Below are positions 22,571-36,315 of a stretch of 64,000 nt of DNA, in pieces. This DNA comes from Octopus bimaculoides (Eukaryota). Under the pieces are notes generated by a model, which was not told the DNA's origin, did not search any database, and worked only from the letters and a program-made list of their open reading frames with translations. Position 1 is the stretch's first letter, and every line of letters starts with the position of its first letter. The position numbers and the translations under genes are program-made. The DNA lies in the NCBI RefSeq assembly GCF_001194135.2, contig NC_068995.1, positions 3,521,795 to 3,585,794 of the forward strand, in the 5' to 3' direction.

Positions 22571-25164
22571 ATGTTCATTGCAATGTTTCCGTTATTCTTT
22601 TGGTGGTATTTTATTAAAACCCCCATTATTATTATTGATACCTATTTTCTTTTGATATTAATCTCATACTTAAGAAACCCAGATCATGTTCATACTTGTT
22701 TTCTCCTCATCATTTGTTTTATACATCCATTGACAGAAGTGACAAAATGTATCTGACAAATTGTATGTCTTGTTCTTTGCAACGGAGTGAAATTTATCTA
22801 AATTGAAAAACAGTAGTGATAATTGGTTTTAGTTAAACTTCTGATTGAGATGAACTAATTAATCCTTCTCTGTACAATAACATTTGTTTTTCCTTTTAAT
22901 ACCTTGTTGTTATTGTTTTTGGTTTCTGGTTTCATCTGTTGCTAATCTCATCAAAGTCCCTTCTTCAGAGATTGTAGAATTTCTGTCTGTTTAACAATTA
23001 CTTGTTAGTGTTCTGTTCTCTAATGATTCCTTCAAGTCCTTGTGTTTCAAATTCCTTCCCACAATTCATTGCCACATTACAGGTTCTATTTTCGGTTTTT
23101 CGTCTTAGTTTCTGCCGTGTTTTTGAAATCAGTGTGTTGTCTCTGTTCAAGGCAGTGTTGTTATTATTGTTTTGGCTATCATTTCAAATGAAAAACTAAT
23201 CTTCCTCGTTAACCTCTCACCAATAACTCTAATGATTTCCCAATTTGTTTTATTGCATGCTTACCTCGTTTGTTTGTACATGGAAACTTAGTACATTCTC
23301 TTTGATAAACATCTGTTATTTATAATTAATATTTCAAGATAAAATGTTTAGTTCTGTTTTTCTATGAATTTCTTTTCTTTATTTTCATCTTCACAACGAA
23401 AAATAATTTTTTATTATTCCTGTTGAAAATCTCCAATTCTTCTGTGTTGATAATTTTGAATTCTGCTAAATTCTCCAGGGTCGTTAATAATAGATTTTTC
23501 TAATTCCCCAGGGTCTTCTTAACCTAGCATGCTATACATGCATCAGGTCACTGTGCCAGTTTTCTATTTCCTCATTGTGACACAATGCGCCTGCAGCTAC
23601 ACGGATGAAAACACGCATGGCATCATAGTGTGTGTGCTTAAGTATGCTGAAAGTTAATTGTTCAGTGTTGAGGAATTTGGACATTTGGGAGTGTCTGATA
23701 TATATAGTATCAGATTGTATATTATGAATCACTGGGTCCATTCATTCCATTTCAGAGTTCACATCCTATAGCAGTGATTAGAAATTTTTTTCTTTAATCC
23801 ACCCAGGCTCCACACATTCAACAGCAGTTAACATATTGAGATTGATTCAGTTAACTCCCTTGCATACAAACACCTCATTTTGGGCCTTATCAGAGGATAT
23901 CTAGAATATCATTAGGGTTTCTCTTTTAAAACTTATCGTATGCAGTTGAAGTAGTTATCAAACTTGCCTGTTTCTTACAAAAGCTTACAATTCTTTGTAT
24001 TTTTTCTTTCTGCCACATCTATGCAGAGTTTATGATACATTTTAAACACAGCTGTCTTATAATGTCTCATGATTTAAAAGAAAAAGACAACAAAAAAGAT
24101 GTTTATAGTTTTCTACGAGAATTAAGTAAATTCTCTTTTTTCCTTTTTTCCAACTCCTATAATACTTTCTTTCATATTATTATTATTATTATTGATGGTT
24201 GTAAAATGTGAAGAAAATATCCTAAACAAATTAACATGTTTATGCGATTTGCTTTATATTTCCAAATAGTATTTGATAAGGAAGCATCGAGAAATATGTA
24301 AACCAGTCTTCATTAATGATGGGTCTCAAAATGAATTCAATTGTTAATAATAGGTTATAGGATATTGAGCTTAAAACCCTTAGATGAAAAAGGAAGGGGG
24401 CAGCTTCTGGCTTTTTAAATACCGAAGGGTTTTTTTTTCCATTAAATATGTTATCATCTAGTATTTATAGCAAAATTCATTTTGAGGTCAATCATTAATG
24501 AACACTTAACTCATAGTGTTGTGGGTTTATGTAAACTTAACATGCTTTCAACCACTTCTGCACCTTAAAATCTGGTGAGCTCTAAATCCTGCGATGTCTT
24601 CCTGATTAAGAAGGAGAGACTGTTATTTCTTCTTCTTCAGACTTTCAAAAGTAGAACTCCACTTTTTCTATACATTGATTCTGTTCTATGTTTGTTCTAC
24701 GTTGCTCTAAACCGTAATACCTAATTGTCTATGTTCCTCTATTTCTACCAGTACCACACGTCTGGAGATCTTCCTAATTTTTTTGACACATACATGCAAA
24801 TGGTAAGTTGATGCAATTACTGCTGTTATCAGCTTATTCATCATCATCACCACCACCACCACCACCACCACCACCACTGCTGCCACTGCCGCCGTCGCCA
24901 TTATCGCCATTGTTGTTATCAGCATCATCATCATAATCATCTTCATTGTCATTATCATCATTGTTGCTGTCGGTGAAAACCAGCACTACCACCCTCCCAT
25001 TTCTGCCACTTCGTCTACCCCTACCCTGCACAGTGGCAGACTCATTACTGCTGTTCAGTTGCTGTCTCTGTTTTAAACTTGTTTTGTTAATTTATTTATT
25101 TTTTTATCATTTTGGTGTTTTAGATTTTATATTTTCATGCAAATAATCCTGCCAGAGCACTGTG

Positions 25165-25201
<37 letters not shown>

Positions 25202-25253
25202 TTATAATTATCATCGTTATCATTATCATCACCATTATCAATCATCATCATCA

Positions 25254-25290
<37 letters not shown>

Positions 25291-25365
25291 TGTGTTTGTG
25301 TCTTATGTAATGCAATTCCAAAATATATATTCGTATTGGAATATTCAAAACATGAAAATTGTTTC

Positions 25366-25410
<45 letters not shown>

Positions 25411-25719
25411 GTGTGTAAATTCTTGGCAAATATGACAAATTATATTCACTGCATTTGAATTTGTAAAAAAGCATCGCATTTGAAATGTTGATAACGGCTT
25501 TATAGACTGACATTCAAGAAATAGAATGCAAGGGTGCTTTTCGTTTCTGTAATCAATATAACTTATACCCCTAACTCTTTAAGCTTCCACCAGTTATCTT
25601 CATTAAGAAAGAATAAGATATTTTCGTTGCTGGATTCTGTGATGTTCAACAATTTAAAATTTCATATTAAACTGGGTTTGTAAGAGTTTCTTCCCCTCTC
25701 TTTTGATTCTCTTTCTCCT

Positions 25720-25992
25720 ACTCGTATGGTCTCTGTTCCTTGTCTTTTCTCGAAATATGATGCACCTTTTTATCAAGCAACACTTTATTGAACCTCGAAA
25801 CAACTTCTTGTAAACATATTATCTTGTAGCATAGGTTGTGGTGCCTCGGTGCAGTAATGGCAACCCATTTGCTGAATGTATTGTGCCAGCCTTCAGTTCT
25901 CTTATGAATTTGTGGTGAATTGTTTTTTGCCATGGCTGTTATTTTGCACCCATTCATAAACATTCCAACATTGTATTGGGAATCGTGGTCAT
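25720..25992 (-). mobile_element. Mutator/MULE transposase C-terminal remnant
   Basis: Minus strand PRFPIQCWNVYEWVQNN, then after a frameshift RTEGWHNTFSKWVAIT, matching the MULE pattern FP..LWN.Y.....RTNN..EGWHN.F. Confidence 0.6.
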
Positions 25993-27094
25993 TGATGTTT
26001 TCTGTCTTCCACACCGGAGTGCCTTAATCAACATGGTTGCAAAATAACCTACACATCTGCACACTTTTTCACACATGACTCAATTTCAACCATTCACACA
26101 CACACTGATAGCAAATTAATTTCACACACATACACACCTTTGTAATATCAATAAACCCATTGGCTACCCTATACAAATTTTAAAGTTGGCTAAATGTTAC
26201 TTTTTTTTTTTTCATTGAATGTTTGCGGATGAAAATTTCTATTTTTATTTTATATTAAAAATTATTCTATATTTAAAATTGTTACTATTTGTTACGCTTG
26301 TTTAAAATTGTCCCATAGAATATAAATATCTACAAAATAATACACTTCAAAAAAAAAAATATCTGCAATCTGTAACATATCTTTTATATATATATAAAAA
26401 GATTCTATTTTTGAAATTGTCCTTTAGTTACAATTGTTTTACTCTGGAATATATTTACAAAATTATTCCATGAAAAATTACTTTGAGGAGAAGTTGTTTT
26501 NNNNNNNNNNNNNNNNNNNNNNNNNNNNNNNNNNNNNNNNNNNNNNNNNNNNNNNNNNNNNNNNNNNNNNNNNNNNNNNNNNNNNNNNNNNNNNNNNNNN
26601 NNNNNNNNNNNNNNNNNNNNNNNNNNNNNNNNNNNNNNNNNNNNNNNNNNNNNNNNNNNNNNNNNNNNNNNNNNNNNNNNNNNNNNNNNNNNNNNNNNNN
26701 NNNNNNNNNNNNNNNNNNNNNNNNNNNNNNNNNNNNNNNNNNNNNNNNNNNNNNNNNNNNNNNNNNNNNNNNNNNNNNNNNNNNNNNNNNNNNNNNNNNN
26801 NNNNNNNNNNNNNNNNNNNNNNNNNNNNNNNNNNNNNNNNNNNNNNNNNNNNNNTTTATAAATCTCATGTGGAACAGAAATTCTTGAGGAACTATAATTA
26901 GTGTCTGTATGTATGTGTCTTTTATTTTCTCTGATTTTAAATCCATTTCTCCCGGGGTGAAGGAATGTTTTACCTGAAATATTTTAACATAATATTTTTG
27001 GATCAGCTATTTTTATAATTTTCTCTCTTTGTAATTCATGTCTTATTTATTAACAAATTTTCACTAATAATAGATCATTTTATGAATAATTGTG

Positions 27095-27355
27095 TGTGTA
27101 TCTTGAGCAAGACACTATTTCACATTTGCTCCTATTCACTCAGCCGTAGAAATGAGTTGCGATGTCACTGGTGCCACGTTGTATCAGCCCCTTTGCTTTT
27201 CCCTTGGATAACATCGGTAGTGTGGAGCAGGAGGCTGGTATGCATGGGTGACTGCTGGTCTTCCATAAACAACCTTGCTTGGACTTGTGCCTCGGGGGGT
27301 AACTTTCTAGGTTCAATCCCATGGTCAGTCATGACTGAAAGGGGTCTTTTTACCC
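27095..27355 (+). mobile_element. SINE (Meta-like domain), 5'-truncated
   Basis: tcttgagcaagacact..cactcagccgtagaaatgagttgcgatgtcactggtgcc..ctgctggtcttccataaacaaccttg..aactttctaggt; collinear with the reverse copy at 43200-43531. Confidence 0.8.
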
Positions 27356-28093
27356 TTTATATAAAATCAGTTGTTTATAAGTCTGAAAAAAGGCACAGTC
27401 TAAAAAGTTTTTGAGCAATAATATTTTATGTAATCATTGGTTATGACTGGTCAGAAAGCTGGCATTGGTGCTATGCCTATCATTGCACTTAAGAGCAAAC
27501 AACTTCCAATGATAGTAATACAGTTAACCATTTCCAGAAAGGATAAGCTTGGGTTTTAATCTCTTCTGGGTCACAAGGATCCCTAAGATCTACACCCTTT
27601 TCTGGTGTCTGTTAACTGTGACTACAGCCATTGTCTTTGTTTTATAAATTTGTGAGAGGAATGGTGAAGCTGGCATTTCAAACTGACAGACCAGCAAACA
27701 CACACACACAATGGCTTCATGTAGCTCTGTAGATTCAACTGTTGAGAGTGAAGCATCTTGGTCAGAGATATTTTGGTTCATTGTCTGCTTCTTCCATTGA
27801 GTTAGCTATCTGAATGTTCTAAGGAAAGTTTGGTTATAATTAGCAAGTGTCTTCAAGTTGTGATTGTTGCTCATAAATTTTGATTTTAATTGTCACATCT
27901 CTCAGTTATTATTCCAAGCTGGAGCCATATATTTTTTTAATCATTTAAAAAAAAAAAAATTTTTGCTATTTTTCTGTGTAGTTGATGGTGGAGGTGTTCT
28001 GTATAACCATAAATCTGTAGATGATCTGCTATTAAAATATATACTTGATAGTTAATGTCATCTTACTGGAGAATATTGAATTAATCATCAGTT

Positions 28094-28128
<35 letters not shown>

Positions 28129-28365
28129 NNNNNNNNNNNNNNNNNNNNNNNNNNNNNNNNNNNNNNNNNNNNNNNNNNNNNNNNNNNNNNNNNNNNNNNN
28201 NNNNNNNNNNNNNNNNNNNNNNNNNNNNNNNNNNNNNNNNNNNNNNNNNNNNNNNNNNNNNNNNNNNNNNNNNNNNNNNNNNNNNNNNNNNNNNNNNNNN
28301 NNNNNNNNNNNNNNNNNNNNNNNNNNNNNNNNNNNNNNNNNNNNNNNNNNNNNNNNNNNNNNNNN

Positions 28366-28400
<35 letters not shown>

Positions 28401-29875
28401 ATGCAGACATGGGAAAGTGAATATTGAGTGGTAATGTATGTATGTATGCATGAATGAATGGTAAGGTATTTTATTAATTAACCCCTACACTTAAAATCAC
28501 CATTTAATCTAGATTATCTAATTATCTTTTTTGGGTTATTTTTGAATCTCTACCAAATTTGTCATAGAGGTGTGTCCATGTGTATCTGTGTGTGTACACC
28601 TACACATGCATGAGAAAATACTGAAATACTGCCTGGGGTTTCTTATGTCATTCCTTTCTGAAAGCAACCAAAGGTTCCTGTCCACCNNNNNNNNNNCCCC
28701 CCCCCAACACTTTTTAAAAAGGAAAAAAAAAATTTATGCAGACTTCACAGTTGTTTCCAAATTGTGTTTTATTCTCCTCAGACTCAACACATATCAACAA
28801 CACAAGAACCAGAACATCAATTATCCTAACGAGATCTCTTTTTTTCTCTACCAATTAGCTAACACCACTCATCACCAGTTGTGAATTGGTAACGAAAGGT
28901 GAAGGGGAGGGGCAGAGACCAGCATATAATAATACAAATCAATAACACTTGTTAATAATAATACAAAACCATAATAATAATAATAATAATAATACTTGTA
29001 GTTCAGTAAATCTACTATCTGAAGTTCCATATCATCATCATCATCATTGTCATCATCCTCTAATATCTGTCATCCATGCAGGCAGAGGTTAAATGGTTTG
29101 GCAGGAACTGACAAAGTAGAGGGCTACCTTGCTCTCTTTGGCATGGTTTCTACACCTGGATGCACTCCTTCCTGACAGCATCTCTCTTACAGAGTGCACA
29201 CTGTGCTTTTTTTTTTTCTACTTGGCACCGACTCTAGTAAGATTGTCAAGTAGCTCCCCAGGCAAGACCCCNNNNNNNNNNNNNNNNNNNNNNNNNNNNN
29301 NNNNNNNNNNNNNNNNNNNNNNNNNNNNNNNNNNNNNNNNNNNNNNNNNNNNNNNNNNNNNNNNNNNNNNNNNNNNNNNNNNNNNNNNNNNNNNNNNNNN
29401 NNNNNNNNNNNNNNNNNNNNNNNNNNNNNNNNNNNNNNNNNNNNNNNNNNNNNNNNNNNNNNNNNNNNNNNNNNNNNNNNNNNNNNNNNNNNNNNNNNNN
29501 NNNNNNNNNNNNNNNNNNNNNNNNNNNNNNNNNNNNNNNNNNNNNNNNNNNNNNNNNNNNNNNNNNNNNNNNNNNNNNNNNNNNNNNNNNNNNNNNNNNN
29601 NNNNNNNNNNNNNNNNNNNNNNNNNNNNNNNNNNNNNNNNNNNNNNNNNNNNNNNNNNNNNNNNNNNNNNNNNNNNNNNNNNNNNNNNNNNNNNNNNNNN
29701 NNNNNNNNNNNNNNNNNNNNNNNNNNNNNNNNNNNNNNNNNNNNNNNNNNNNNNNNNNNNNNNNNNNNNNNNNNNNNNNNNNNNNNNNNNNNNNNNNNNN
29801 NNNNNNNNNNNNNNNNNNNNNNNNNNNNNNNNNNNNNNNNNNNNNNNNNNNNNNNNNNNNNNNNNNNNNNNNNNN

Positions 29876-29919
<44 letters not shown>

Positions 29920-31645
29920 TCTTTACTAAAATTTTTTTTAATGACTCCCCCCCACCTTCCGTCTCCCCTCTGATTATTTGACCTTGGATAATTTGCATGT
30001 TAAATCAAGAGCATCCATGCATAGATATTATATTTTTCTCTTTATAAGGGATCGTAATTTTACACCTGAAGACATGAAGATGTTTAAGTGGGTCTTTTGT
30101 GGGTCCTTAGATGTTTTATTGTAATGCTTTTTTTCCCCCTACATATTGTAGTTTTATCTCCTTCAAACACAAGACATGATTCTTCTCTCTCTTGTTATTT
30201 TAGCCAACTGTGTCTAGCATAAATATTCTATCTGTTTTATGTTCAAACTGGCCAGATCCAGCCTCTCACATCTACCCAACCATGTCACTCTAAAATAAAC
30301 TATCACATCATTGAAGTCTCTTAGTTATGAGATTTTAAATGATTAATACAAAACTACGTGAATAAATAAGCATTACATTTGGCAAAAATGATCCGAATGC
30401 TAAAGGGCCATCACACTTGGACCACGACCTGCAATTGACATGTCTAGCCTTGACCAACGAGAAAACAAGTGTTGGCTTGATAGAACATGTCCCAGTTCAC
30501 AAGGGCAATTGTTTGAAGACAATGTTCTTCTACTTCTTGTTGATACATGTTGGAGATTTTGTTTAGAAACTGCTCTAAAATTAATCTACCATTTATTATG
30601 TGTTGCCAGTGTGTGTGTGTGTGTGTGTGTGTTTCAGTGAAGGTTTGTACTGTTGGGTAAATAATACATATAAGGAAATGGCTTTCATAATTGTGAATGT
30701 GTTTGGAGAAACGAATGTTTTAAATTTGGAAGAACAATTGTTACTTTTGTTTGTGTGACCGTGATTGAAATGAAAATCAATACCAATGCTTATTGATACA
30801 ATCCTTCAGTGATGGGCCATGAAGAACTGCCAATGTCAAGGAGCTAAGTTTACCGAAACTAACACCTTGTTTCCTATGATTCTCTGGTTAATCAATGTGA
30901 TGTGTTGTTCTCCATTTTTCCAATATGGAAGATGGTGCCGTCGTATAAGGGATTGTGCAGAAATGTATTGCTGAGGTTGGTGTTGAATTAAGGAAGCGTT
31001 GGCTCCCAAATGAGCCAGACTGTTGCTTCGTTGTAAAGTTTATAAAGATAATGTTAATTAGACAGTGTTGAAAACTAGTCTGTCGAAAACATATCAGAGA
31101 ATAAGGAATCTTCCAGGAAGAACTTTGCTTTGATGAAATCTGTTTGGTACATAGTAAATAACACACACAGACACACACACACACATGTTCATTCTTTGAG
31201 CCTTTTACAGGGAACCAATGTTTGCTAACACTTTTTATCGACTCCGTATTAATTTGTTTTAATAAGACTCCCCCCCCCCCCCCCCACCCACATCCACACA
31301 GTATATCTTGTGCGTCGGTCATCATCGTTCACTCTGCCTCCAGTAGTGTGTTTTGCTACCGATGAGCAAATGCAGGAGGAATTGCGATGAAGATGGAGTT
31401 TACATCGTTTTGTGCCTCTGTAAAATAATGCAGTAAAGTGTTTCTCTGATGATCTGTTGTGGTTCCTCATCCAATTGCACTTGGAAAATGCTTTTGCAGG
31501 GGTTCCAAACAACCACAATGGTGAAGTGTACATTAGGAACGAATGATATAGACTTCTGTTTATTATAATTTCTCCTATACACACATACATATGTGTGTAT
31601 GTGCGTGCGTGCGTATGTATGTGTGTATGTATATGTATGTATATA

Positions 31646-31704
<59 letters not shown>

Positions 31705-34700
31705 NNNNNNNNNNNNNNNNNNNNNNNNNNNNNNNNNNNNNNNNNNNNNNNNNNNNNNNNNNNNNNNNNNNNNNNNNNNNNNNNNNNNNNNNNNNNNNNN
31801 NNNNNNNNNNNNNNNNNNNNNNNNNNNNNNNNNNNNNNNNNNNNNNNNNNNNNNNNNNNNTATATACATATACAGGGGAAAATAAAGATAAATGAAAATA
31901 TAAATAAACAAAGAAAAAAAAAAGGACCCACTACAAAGTGACTCTAGGACTTTGTCTTTCTTGCCCTGCTCATTCTCCAAAAATATGATGTGTGATGGCA
32001 AATCTAGCCATGTTTTGTTTTTCTCTATTTGTGTATTGGAATGTTTTTTTGGTGATTGTTTGATATAAAAATATTCTGAATAAAAGCTTACAGAAACTAC
32101 GTGAAAATCTATTGTTAATCCACATATATTTCATTCATATTATTTTATTTTATTATAATTGTTTTTGTTGTTGTTCTGTGTGTAGTTGTTATTTATATTT
32201 CAAATATTATCTCCAATCATCCATTGTACACATTCAGCTAAACTAAACTAGTTTTGCTCTCTTCAACATTCTTTTCCTGTTTTTGTTTTTTTTAAAATTA
32301 AACAATAAAAAAAAAAATCTAAATAAAGCTTTTCAATTTGATGTTTTTTATCCGTTGTTTTTTTTATTTTATTTCATCTTATTTTATTATCTTTTGTTCA
32401 TCAATTGTGGAAATGTTTCACTGTTACCACCATCTGAAGACGATGGTATTGATTCTAAGACAAGACGGTTACTTAAACCTTTCGTCATGTTCTACAGAAT
32501 ATCTCCAAATGAATTTAAATAATTTTACATATCCATCTCCTGTTGAAATTCCAATTCTTAGATTGCCTTAAAATCAGTGAAAACATTTGCCTGTTTATAT
32601 TTCTATGACTTGTATTAAAAATCCACATCTTGACCCTGTGATTTGACCTTCTCTTTCTATTTATCATAACGTAGCCACCACGATGACTTCGGTGAGTATT
32701 ACCCCTATATTTCCACTTTTACAAAATTCATTAGAAATAAAAGTAAAAACCTTTTATGTTTTTTAATTCACATTTCTTATTTTTATGTTTATATTTTGCT
32801 TGTTTTCTTTGTTTGTGTACCATTTCTTTTTTTTTTTTCATGTTTTTTCTTTAAAAAAATATTCCCATCTTTCATTAGATCTGTCACTTTATTATCCTAA
32901 GTTTGTTGTTGTTATCCACTTTTGCTGACGTGAATTTATTAGCCAGCATGTTTGTAGTTCGTTAAAGTGGTGCTAATTATTGAGTTAACCTATTGTTTGA
33001 TATTGTTTCACATCCACCCACCCACCACTCCCATCCCCCCTTAGCTTCTCTAGAAATAGTTTTTTTGTTGGAACTATTGGTTCACAGAAGGATTCCACCT
33101 TTGTTCCTACTTTGACACAAAGAACATAATGTAAACATGGAACCTGTTACCAGTCAGGCAGTCTGAAGCAGGCAACATTTAATACTTTAACTGAGACTAC
33201 AATAAAATCTACATTTATGCATATGATTGAGTGATTGAGCGGAGGGCTGGCACCAACTTCATATTTCAGTCTTCGTACTTCTTAGCAAATTGTGAAGAAA
33301 TAGCAAAACAGAAACAAAAAAAAGCACAATAAAAGCAGTTTCCTCAGTTGACTGAGGAAACTTTGGAAATTCAGCAATTCCTAAGATATTAGGTATTTCA
33401 TATATAGTAGTTATACGTCAAAAGATCATGATATAGATATAAAGACGTGATATAGTTGGGGTCAGTTTTAATATGATAGAATGACCTTATCTCCATTAAA
33501 AGCCTTGAGAATGAACTTTCTTAGACAAGGCTTTACTGATGAAGTAGAATAAGGATGAGTCATATCTGAAGTTGTTTCTAATGATCAGACTCATTCCCGA
33601 CTACATTCTACTTTTAATTAAACTTTCCCAAGTTATCTCCCTTGACTTTTTGACTAGAATTATTTGTTAACATTTTTACTTATTTTTCTCAGTAATACAT
33701 GTGTTTCATTCTAATGTATTGCTTCACTCTATTAATTATGTTAGCACTGGTTTCACCGTAATTAAGATACCCTTCTAGTAATTTATCCTATTTTGATAAT
33801 GATGTTGGTAGTTCCTGTAACATAGTAGTAGTAGCAGCAGCAGTAGTCGTAGTAGTAAAGTAGTCAATTTTTAATCTAGTTGGAACTGTTGCCACATCAT
33901 CTTGTCATCAATTCCAAAGTAATTGTCTTGGATATTGCAAGAGCTGTTTCGAAATGGAAAATGTCTATACTGAACCAATGAAGCACCATTCTGCTGTTAG
34001 ATTTCTTCAGCTCTGTTAAAATGGCTATAAATCAACAAAGGAACTGTTTGGTGAGTTGCTCAGTCTGTTAGAAATGACAGCTAAATCTCTCTCTCTGACA
34101 ATGACACTCTACAAGAATGATACATTGGGTAAAGTATTCCTAGATGCACCATGCCTTACAAATAAATGGAATTATCATGACTTCTTTTGACCATTGGCTG
34201 ACCTTGGGTTAAATGTCAACTACATTGCTATTCTATGCATTTGGTCCTTAACAACATAAAGAACCCCTCTGTGATATATGGCATACCTTGGGGTTCTAAA
34301 CTTAGTGAGGCCTGTTACTCTGCAGGTCTGGTCAGAACCAGTTTCTTCCAGATCTTTCTTGGATAAGTCAGCTGTAACGGATTTCTTTTTGTGGGAGAAG
34401 CAGTCTATTTCAGTATTGGGTTGGTTCTTCAATTATTGACCTTCAGAGGGTGAATGGTAAAGTTCACCTTTGTGATATTTGAACTTGGAGCACCGAGATT
34501 GGGAATGAATGTTGCAAGACAGTCTAAAATGACTTTGCCAATTCTTCAGAAATGGATGATTCCAATGGACATTTCTGTCTGGCACCAGCTTTGTGAGTTG
34601 GTTGTGGTTGTGTTTTAACCTTTCAATGTTCAGATTGCTGTCAAATGCATTTTCTTATAGCTTTAAGAGTTCAAAGATATGATTGTTTATTTTTAGAATG

Positions 34701-36149
34701 ACATTATAGAATATGTGTGAGGGGTCAGATCTGGCCAGTTTGAACATAAAACAGGTAGAATATTTGGGCTAGATATGGCTGGTTTCAATACCAGAGGGAG
34801 GTTTGGACCCTATTGAGTAGATCCTCAATCAAAGCCATTCTGGCCATGACCACCCAATCTTCTTCAGGATACATGTAGGACAACATTGTTAAACAAATGA
34901 TTATTTTCTTTAGATGGTAGGATGTGATTTGAAAAAGATTTGGCTGTTATTTCTAGCAGATCATATGACCAGTTGAACACTAAAACTTTTCAGTCACTTA
35001 GAGTTGTTTTGTGTTTGTTTTGCTATATTTTGCAGTTCATATTGTGTTTGTTTTTGTACACCAGGTGGCACTGTTGTTTCTCAACGCAATAACTCTGAAA
35101 CAGTTATTATATTCAATTGCTTTGTTTCCATAGTAACAACAGCTTCCTTCTTTAATACTATTTCTTTGGTTTGTGAAATTATTATTATGATTATGTCAGC
35201 ACATCACTCAAAATGTTTATTGGCATTTTACCTGTTTTTACCTTCTGAACTCAAATTCCACTGATGTCAGTTTTACCTTTCAGGCTGGGGTCAATCTGAT
35301 CAACCAGCCTCCTCCCCCCAAATTTCAGGCCTTTTGCCTATGGTCAAAAGGATTGTAAATTATAATTGTTATTATTAAGATGGCAAGCTGGAAAAAATCA
35401 TTAGTATACAGGAGAACATGGAAGGCCCCATTTTTCTGTTGCTTTGGGGCACCAGATTATGAAGACCAGGGATGCTGTTAGATATTCTTAATTCCACACG
35501 GTGCTACATGGAAAATAATGAATATGAAATTATAAAGATGAGGGACATTTAACAAAGAAAGACGTTCTTTTGTGGAAGTTTTAGAGGATTAACGATCTGG
35601 GAACATGTTTAATTAGTTTCAACTAGATAGTAATTTAAAGCAACTAGTGTTACATTAAAAACTGTGAATTAAGTCTAATATTAAACCTCGTTAATTACAG
35701 GTGAAATCTTTTGCTGACGAATTGAAGAGATGGCTATTATAGTTTATTGTTGCATTTGCATGTTGTTTTTTTTTTTGTTTACAGTATTATTAATTAATTG
35801 GTTTACCTTTTAATTAAGTGGCTCTACTTGATCACCTCCATTTCTCCTTGTCCTCAAGACATAGGGTTCTTTTGGGATTCAGTACAGTTGGTCATAACAC
35901 CTTTGATCTTTAGGTCAGCTCAGTCAGGGCTGTCCTGAAGCTAAATAACAACTACAACAACAACAGATCTAAGCAGCTGTACTGAAACTAAAAGACCACT
36001 ATGAGACCAGTAGAACAGACCTGGGGCTAAACAATGACAGTTGTACTGAAGTGGAAAGACCATTGTGACAGGATGGAGACCAGTGCCTGGCTGCTGTCTG
36101 TTTTGACTTAGATTTTTGATTAGATCTTGTACCATGTTTAAATGGGTTA

Positions 36150-36315
36150 TGGACTGAGTCTGTTACACAAAAGACAGGAATGGTCCTTCTGGCAAGATTC
36201 TGTACAAATTTGTCTGTCAAGTTTCCCAAAGAAGGCATTGTTTGATGTAAATCTGTGACTGTGATGCAAGATATTTGTCTAAGAGACTGCACAACAGAAT
36301 TGAACACCAACCATT
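36150..36315 (+). mobile_element. Possible highly decayed Penelope-like GIY-YIG region
   Basis: Frameshifted reading PSGK(D)SV...ICDCDARYL..KRLHNRIE resembles KD.LP....VY.F.C.CD.RY.G.T..RL..RI; weak. Confidence 0.3.

Noticed and set aside
22850-23530. Possible decayed LINE ORF on the minus strand
   Set aside because: Only vague compositional resemblance to R4-type N-terminal regions; no diagnostic motif recovered.
24834-25031. Gly/Asp/Asn-rich minus ORF and His/Cys-rich plus frame
   Set aside because: Mixed CAT/CAC/GCC trinucleotide decay with no convincing splice sites.
31268-31292. C-run as a G-quadruplex regulatory element
   Set aside because: Simple homopolymer, common in this assembly; no supporting context.
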